From assembly GCA_035456105.1 (NCBI GenBank), contig DATIDV010000041.1:27219-91218 (forward strand): a stretch of 64,000 nt of DNA. Reading direction: 5' to 3'. The translations under genes were made by a program, and so were the position numbers. This document shows positions 59,792 to 64,000 of this stretch, piece after piece. The stretch is from Rhodocyclaceae bacterium (GTDB lineage: Bacteria; Pseudomonadota; Gammaproteobacteria; Burkholderiales; Rhodocyclaceae). Numbering within the stretch: position 1 is the stretch's first letter; the number at the start of each line of letters is the position of its first letter. The notes under the pieces were generated by a model. That model ran no database searches. It was not told where the DNA came from and saw nothing but the letters and a program-made list of their open reading frames with translations.

Positions 59792-61450
59792 ATGAGCCAA
59801 CTCATCGAAGTGAAAGTCCCCGACATCGGCGACTTCAAGGACGTGCCTGTCATTGATGTCTTCGTTAAGGCCGGTGACACCATCAAGGCTGACGACGCGC
59901 TGATGACCCTGGAAACCGACAAGGCGACCATGGATGTGCCTAGCCCGGCAGCGGGCGTGGTCAAGGAAGTGAAAATCAAGGTCGGCGACCGCCTCAGCGA
60001 AGGCGCACTGGTCCTGTTGCTGGAAGCCAGCGACGCTGTTGCTGCTCCGGCTGCGGCTCCCGCACCTGCGGCCGCAGCGCCTGCACCAGCCCCGGCCGCC
60101 GCCGCACCGGCACCTGTCGCAGCGCCTGCGCCAGCTGCGGGTCCGGCTGGTCTGGTTGAGTTGAAGGTGCCGGACATTGGCGACTTCAAGGATGTCCCCG
60201 TCATCGAAGTGTTCGTGAAAGTCGGCGACACCATCGCCGTCGACGCGCCACTCGTTGCGCTGGAATCCGACAAGGCCACCATGGAAGTGCCTGCCTCAAG
60301 CGGTGGCGTCGTCAAGGAGATCAAGGTCAAGGTGGGCGACCGCGTCGGCGAAGGTGCTGTCGTGGTGGTGGTCGAGGCAGCTGGTTCTGCCCCCGCGGCT
60401 GCCGCGCCGGCTCCAGCCGCAGCGCCCGCACCTGCCGCGGTGGCTGCTCCTGCCCCGACACCCGCGCCTGTAGTGGCAAGCGCGCCGGCAGCTCCGGTTG
60501 CGACCGCTGTAGCCGGCAAGGCACACGCCAGTCCGTCCGTGCGCCGTTTTGCACGCGAGCTCGGCGTCGATGTTGCGCTCGTGCCGGGCTCTGGTCCGAA
60601 GGGCCGCATCCTCGCTGAAGACGTGCAGAACTTCGTCAAGGGCGTCATGGCGCAAGTCGCTTCCGGCGGGCTGCAGCAGACTCCGGCTGGCACGCCAGCC
60701 GGAGGCAATCTCGGTGGTCTTACCGTGCTGCCATGGCCAAAGGTGGATTTCACCAAGTTCGGTCCGGTCGAGTCGAAGCCGCTGTCGCGTATCGCCAAGA
60801 TCAGTGGCGCCAATCTGCATCGCAATTGGGTTGTGATCCCGCACGTCACCAATCATGACGAATGCGATATTACCGACCTCGAAGCCTTCCGCGTGCAGAT
60901 GAACAAGGAGCTGGAAAAGAGCGGTGCCAAGCTCACCATGCTGGCGTTCATGATCAAGGCTGCGGTCGCTACGCTGAAGCAGTTCCCTGGCTTCAATGCC
61001 TCGCTGGATGGCGAAAACATCATTCTCAAGCAGTACTACCACATCGGTTTTGCGGCAGACACGCCGAACGGTCTGGTCGTGCCGGTGATTCGTGACGCTG
61101 ACAAGAAGGGCGTCATCGAGATCGCCAAGGAGATGGGTGACCTCGCCAAGCTCGCACGTGACGGCAAACTCAAGCCCGATCAGATGCAGGGCGGTTGCTT
61201 CTCCATCAGCTCGCTCGGTGGTATCGGTGGCACGTACTTCACGCCGATCATCAACGCGCCTGAAGTGGCCATCATGGGCGTCTGCAAGTCTGCGATCAAG
61301 CCCGTCTGGGACGGCAAGGCCTTCGTGCCTCGCCTGATGCTGCCACTGTCGCTGTCGTGGGATCACCGCGTCATCGACGGCGCTGCTGCCGCACGCTTCA
61401 ATGCGTACTTCGGCAGCGTGCTGCAGGACTTCCGTCGCGTACTGCTCTAA
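59792..61450 (+). CDS. aceF: Dihydrolipoamide acetyltransferase (PDH E2) with two lipoyl domains
   Basis: 552 aa with two lipoyl domains (ETDKATMDVP and ESDKATMEVP) and Ala/Pro linkers. It also has a peripheral subunit-binding domain (ASPSVRRFARELGVD) and a catalytic DHRVIDGA motif. Confidence 0.97.
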   Translation: MSQLIEVKVPDIGDFKDVPVIDVFVKAGDTIKADDALMTLETDKATMDVPSPAAGVVKEVKIKVGDRLSEGALVLLLEASDAVAAPAAAPAPAAAAPAPAPAAAAPAPVAAPAPAAGPAGLVELKVPDIGDFKDVPVIEVFVKVGDTIAVDAPLVALESDKATMEVPASSGGVVKEIKVKVGDRVGEGAVVVVVEAAGSAPAAAAPAPAAAPAPAAVAAPAPTPAPVVASAPAAPVATAVAGKAHASPSVRRFARELGVDVALVPGSGPKGRILAEDVQNFVKGVMAQVASGGLQQTPAGTPAGGNLGGLTVLPWPKVDFTKFGPVESKPLSRIAKISGANLHRNWVVIPHVTNHDECDITDLEAFRVQMNKELEKSGAKLTMLAFMIKAAVATLKQFPGFNASLDGENIILKQYYHIGFAADTPNGLVVPVIRDADKKGVIEIAKEMGDLAKLARDGKLKPDQMQGGCFSISSLGGIGGTYFTPIINAPEVAIMGVCKSAIKPVWDGKAFVPRLMLPLSLSWDHRVIDGAAAARFNAYFGSVLQDFRRVLL

Positions 61451-61454
61451 GACA

Positions 61455-61539
61455 GGGAGGAGTGAGGAGTCTGGAGTGAGGAGTAAGCCCACAAGCTGGG
61501 ACGCTTTTTCTCCTTTCTCCTCACCCATGACTCCTTACT
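61455..61539. repeat. Heptamer-based inverted-repeat element, copy D (aceF / HslV-like gene junction)
   Basis: Left arm GGGAGGA GTGAGGA GTCTGGA GTGAGGA GTAAG (61455-61487). Right arm TCCTTTC TCCTCAC CCATGAC TCCTTAC (61511-61538). It begins 5 nt after the aceF stop and ends 9 nt before the next ATG. Confidence 0.8.
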
Positions 61540-61547
61540 GAATACAC

Positions 61548-62129
61548 ATGACCACACTCACCGTCGTCCGCAAAAACGGTTCAGTCGCGATCGCCGCCGA
61601 TGGTCTGACGACCTTCGGTGATACGCGCCTGCCTGCGGGCTACAAGCGTGATCATGACAAGATCCTGCATCTGGCGGATTCATGGATCGGTGTGTGTGGC
61701 AGCTCGGCGCATCACCTCGTGCTGGCCAGTGCGTTTCATGAGTTGGGCGATGTGCATCTGCGCAGTCGTGCCGAGGTGTATGACACCTTTCGCCGCCTGC
61801 ACCCGATTCTCAAGGAACACGCCTTCCTCAATACCAAGGAAGGCGAGGACGATCCGTATGAGTCGTCGCAGATCACTTGTCTGATTGCAAATGCCAGCGG
61901 CATCTATGGCGTGTATTCGTATCGTGAAGTGTTTGCCTACGACCGCTTCTGGTCGGCGGGGTCGGGTCGTGATTTCGCTTTAGGGGCAATGTTCACGGCC
62001 TACAACTCGCAACTGTCTGCGGAAGAGATTGCAAAAGTCGGCGTGCGCGCGGGCATGGAGTTTGATACCTCGTCGGCCGGGCCGATCGACGCGTATTCGG
62101 TGTCGCTGCATGTGCCAGCTGTTGAATGA
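61548..62129 (+). CDS. HslV/proteasome beta-subunit-like Ntn hydrolase (betaproteobacterial proteasome homologue-like), no adjacent ATPase
   Basis: 193 aa. The N-terminus MTTLTVVRKNGSVAIAADG aligns by eye with E. coli HslV [19 protein letters not shown]. Thr2, Asp18 and a Lys in DKILHL (versus KKVRRL) are retained, and a GSG motif (SAGSGRDFALGA) is present. Confidence 0.75.
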   Translation: MTTLTVVRKNGSVAIAADGLTTFGDTRLPAGYKRDHDKILHLADSWIGVCGSSAHHLVLASAFHELGDVHLRSRAEVYDTFRRLHPILKEHAFLNTKEGEDDPYESSQITCLIANASGIYGVYSYREVFAYDRFWSAGSGRDFALGAMFTAYNSQLSAEEIAKVGVRAGMEFDTSSAGPIDAYSVSLHVPAVE

Positions 62130-62190
62130 TCAGATTGAAGCATTGCGGGATTGCTGCAATCCCGCGAATGAGTGAAAACAAGGAAAAACC

Positions 62191-63975
62191 ATGAGCCAAC
62201 TCGTTGAAGTGAAAGTCCCCGATATCGGCGATTTCAAGGATGTGCCGGTCATCGAAGTGTTCGTCAAGGTTGGCGACGCGATCAAGCTGGATGATCCCAT
62301 CGCAGCGCTCGAGTCCGACAAGGCCACGATGGAAGTGCCTTCGACGGCTGCCGGCGTGATCAAGGAAGTTCTTGTCGTAGTCGGTCAGCGCGTTGGCGAA
62401 GGCGCCGTGTTGCTGAAGGTAGAAGCCTCCGCTGGCGCGCCTGCGCCGGCTGCTGCGCCGAAGGCACCGGCACCGGCCGCAGCGCCCGCTCCCGCAGCGA
62501 CGCCCGTACCTGTCGCCGGTAGCTACAGCGGTGCGGTCGATATCGAATGCGACATGCTCGTGCTCGGAGCCGGCCCTGGCGGTTACTCCGCGGCCTTCCG
62601 CTCTGCCGATCTGGGCATGAAGACTGTGCTCGTCGAGCGCTATGCAACGCTCGGCGGTGTGTGTCTGAATGTCGGCTGCATTCCTTCCAAGGCACTGCTG
62701 CATGTCGCAGCTGTCATGGACGAGGCTTCACACTTCGCCGACGTGGGCGTGGCATTCGCTGCACCCAAGATCGATCTCGATCAGTTGCGCAAGCACAAGG
62801 AAAAGGTTGTCGGCAAGTTGACGACCGGCCTCACCGGTATGGCCAAGATGCGCAAGGTGGAAGTCGTGCGCGGCTATGGCAACTTCCTCGATGCCAATCA
62901 CGTGGAGGTAGAACTGACCACCGGCGAAACCGGCCAGGAGCGCACCGGCACAAAGAAGATCGTCAAATTCCAGAAGGCCATCATTGCCGCCGGCTCGCAA
63001 GCAATCAAGCTGCCATTCTTCCCGGTAGATCCGCGCATTGTTGATTCGACCGGCGCGCTCGAGCTGCGCCAGATTCCGAAGCGCATGCTGGTCGTTGGCG
63101 GCGGCATCATCGGTCTGGAAATGGCCACGGTTTACTCCTCGCTCGGCGCGCGCATCGACGTCGTCGAAATGATGGACGGCCTGATGGCCGGCGCCGACAA
63201 GGATCTGGTCAAGGTCTGGGAAAAGCAGAACTTGCACCGCTTCGACAAGATCATGCTGAAGACCAAGACGGTCGGCGCGACGGCGCGTGAAGACGGCATC
63301 CTCGTCAAGTTCGAGGCTGAAGGCGGCGCCATCGAAGAGCAGAAGTACGACCTCGTGCTGGTCGCTGTCGGCCGCAGCCCGAATGGCAAGAAGCTCAATG
63401 CAGACAAGGCTGGAATTGCCGTGACCGATCGTGGCTTCATCAATGTCAACAATCAGCAGCGCACCAATGTGCCGAACATCTTCGCCATCGGCGACATCGT
63501 CGGTCAGCCGATGCTGGCACACAAGGGCGTGCATGAAGGCCACGTGGCGGCTGAAGCGGCGTTCGGCGAGAAGTCCTTCTTCGATGCCAAGCTGATTCCG
63601 TCGGTGGCTTACACCGAGCCGGAAGTGGCTTGGGCGGGTGTCACCGAAGCGGAAGCCAAGGCCAAGGGCATCAAGTTCGGCGTTGGCAAGTTCCCGTGGG
63701 CGGCGTCTGGCCGTGCAATCGCGAACGGTGCCGAGTACGGCTTCACCAAGCTGATTTTCGACGAAGAAACGCATCGCATCATCGGTGGCGCCATCGTCGG
63801 CCCGAATGCCGGCGACATGATCGGCGAAGTGGCGCTGGCCATCGAGATGGGTTGCGATGCCACCGATATCGGCAAGACGATCCACCCGCACCCGACACTG
63901 GGCGAATCTATCGGCATGGCGGCCGAAGTGTACGAAGGTCATTGCACCGACCTGCCGCCAATCAAGAAGAAGTAA
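62191..63975 (+). CDS. lpdA: Dihydrolipoyl dehydrogenase (E3) with N-terminal lipoyl domain
   Basis: 594 aa with an N-terminal lipoyl domain (ESDKATMEVP) and Ala/Pro linker. It has FAD motif GAGPGGY, redox-active GGVCLNVGCIPSK, and a C-terminal HPHPTLGE dimerisation/active-site His. Confidence 0.97.
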   Translation: MSQLVEVKVPDIGDFKDVPVIEVFVKVGDAIKLDDPIAALESDKATMEVPSTAAGVIKEVLVVVGQRVGEGAVLLKVEASAGAPAPAAAPKAPAPAAAPAPAATPVPVAGSYSGAVDIECDMLVLGAGPGGYSAAFRSADLGMKTVLVERYATLGGVCLNVGCIPSKALLHVAAVMDEASHFADVGVAFAAPKIDLDQLRKHKEKVVGKLTTGLTGMAKMRKVEVVRGYGNFLDANHVEVELTTGETGQERTGTKKIVKFQKAIIAAGSQAIKLPFFPVDPRIVDSTGALELRQIPKRMLVVGGGIIGLEMATVYSSLGARIDVVEMMDGLMAGADKDLVKVWEKQNLHRFDKIMLKTKTVGATAREDGILVKFEAEGGAIEEQKYDLVLVAVGRSPNGKKLNADKAGIAVTDRGFINVNNQQRTNVPNIFAIGDIVGQPMLAHKGVHEGHVAAEAAFGEKSFFDAKLIPSVAYTEPEVAWAGVTEAEAKAKGIKFGVGKFPWAASGRAIANGAEYGFTKLIFDEETHRIIGGAIVGPNAGDMIGEVALAIEMGCDATDIGKTIHPHPTLGESIGMAAEVYEGHCTDLPPIKKK

Positions 63976-64000
63976 GCAGCAGCATCGTCACAAACAACAA

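Noticed and set aside
59779-60852. 357-aa minus-strand Ala/Gly/Thr/Pro-rich ORF
   Set aside because: It is antisense to the aceF lipoyl domains and Ala/Pro linkers, a compositional artefact of GC-rich low-complexity coding DNA. aceF on the plus strand is unambiguous.

Overview
High-GC betaproteobacterial chromosome segment with Burkholderiales-type gene order; the taxon is inferred from synteny only. Most of it is conserved core. It holds a complete dcw cell-wall/division cluster (ftsL' to ftsZ, then lpxC), a DUF721/DciA-like gene, secA, kup, an HDOD-GAF signalling protein and argJ. Further on are apaG, rpe-gph-trpEGDC, tamB, a PAS histidine kinase with a FixJ/LuxR-type regulator, and the pyruvate dehydrogenase operon aceE-aceF-lpdA. 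No rRNA, tRNA, CRISPR array, transposase, integrase or phage gene was recognised.

The non-core content, strongest first:
1. 49015-53538 (minus strand): two paralogous secreted proteins that look like M48 peptidases with mutated zinc motifs, a PDZ-like segment and repeated Cys-pair modules. They flank an 89-codon gene with a strong RBS and its own terminator. The last 44 residues of that small protein are only Gly and Asp plus a terminal Ser. I cannot assign this module to any described system.
2. A family of intercistronic inverted repeats built from tandem heptamers (GTGAGGA ... TCCTCAC), with four copies placed exactly between operon genes.
3. An accessory block between argJ and apaG: three translationally coupled YgjV-family membrane genes and a decayed fourth copy bracket an ~8.7 kb sugar-acid cluster (TRAP transporter, YiaK/YiaL-like genes, extra dehydrogenases, GntR regulator).
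4. An HslV/proteasome-like Ntn hydrolase with no partner ATPase between aceF and lpdA.
5. Unusually long dcw spacers containing ORFs start/stop-coupled to the flanking genes, and a trp operon interrupted by an SDR and a cation/proton antiporter and followed directly by tamB with no tamA in the window.

All family assignments come from reading motifs in the supplied translations; no database search was run.
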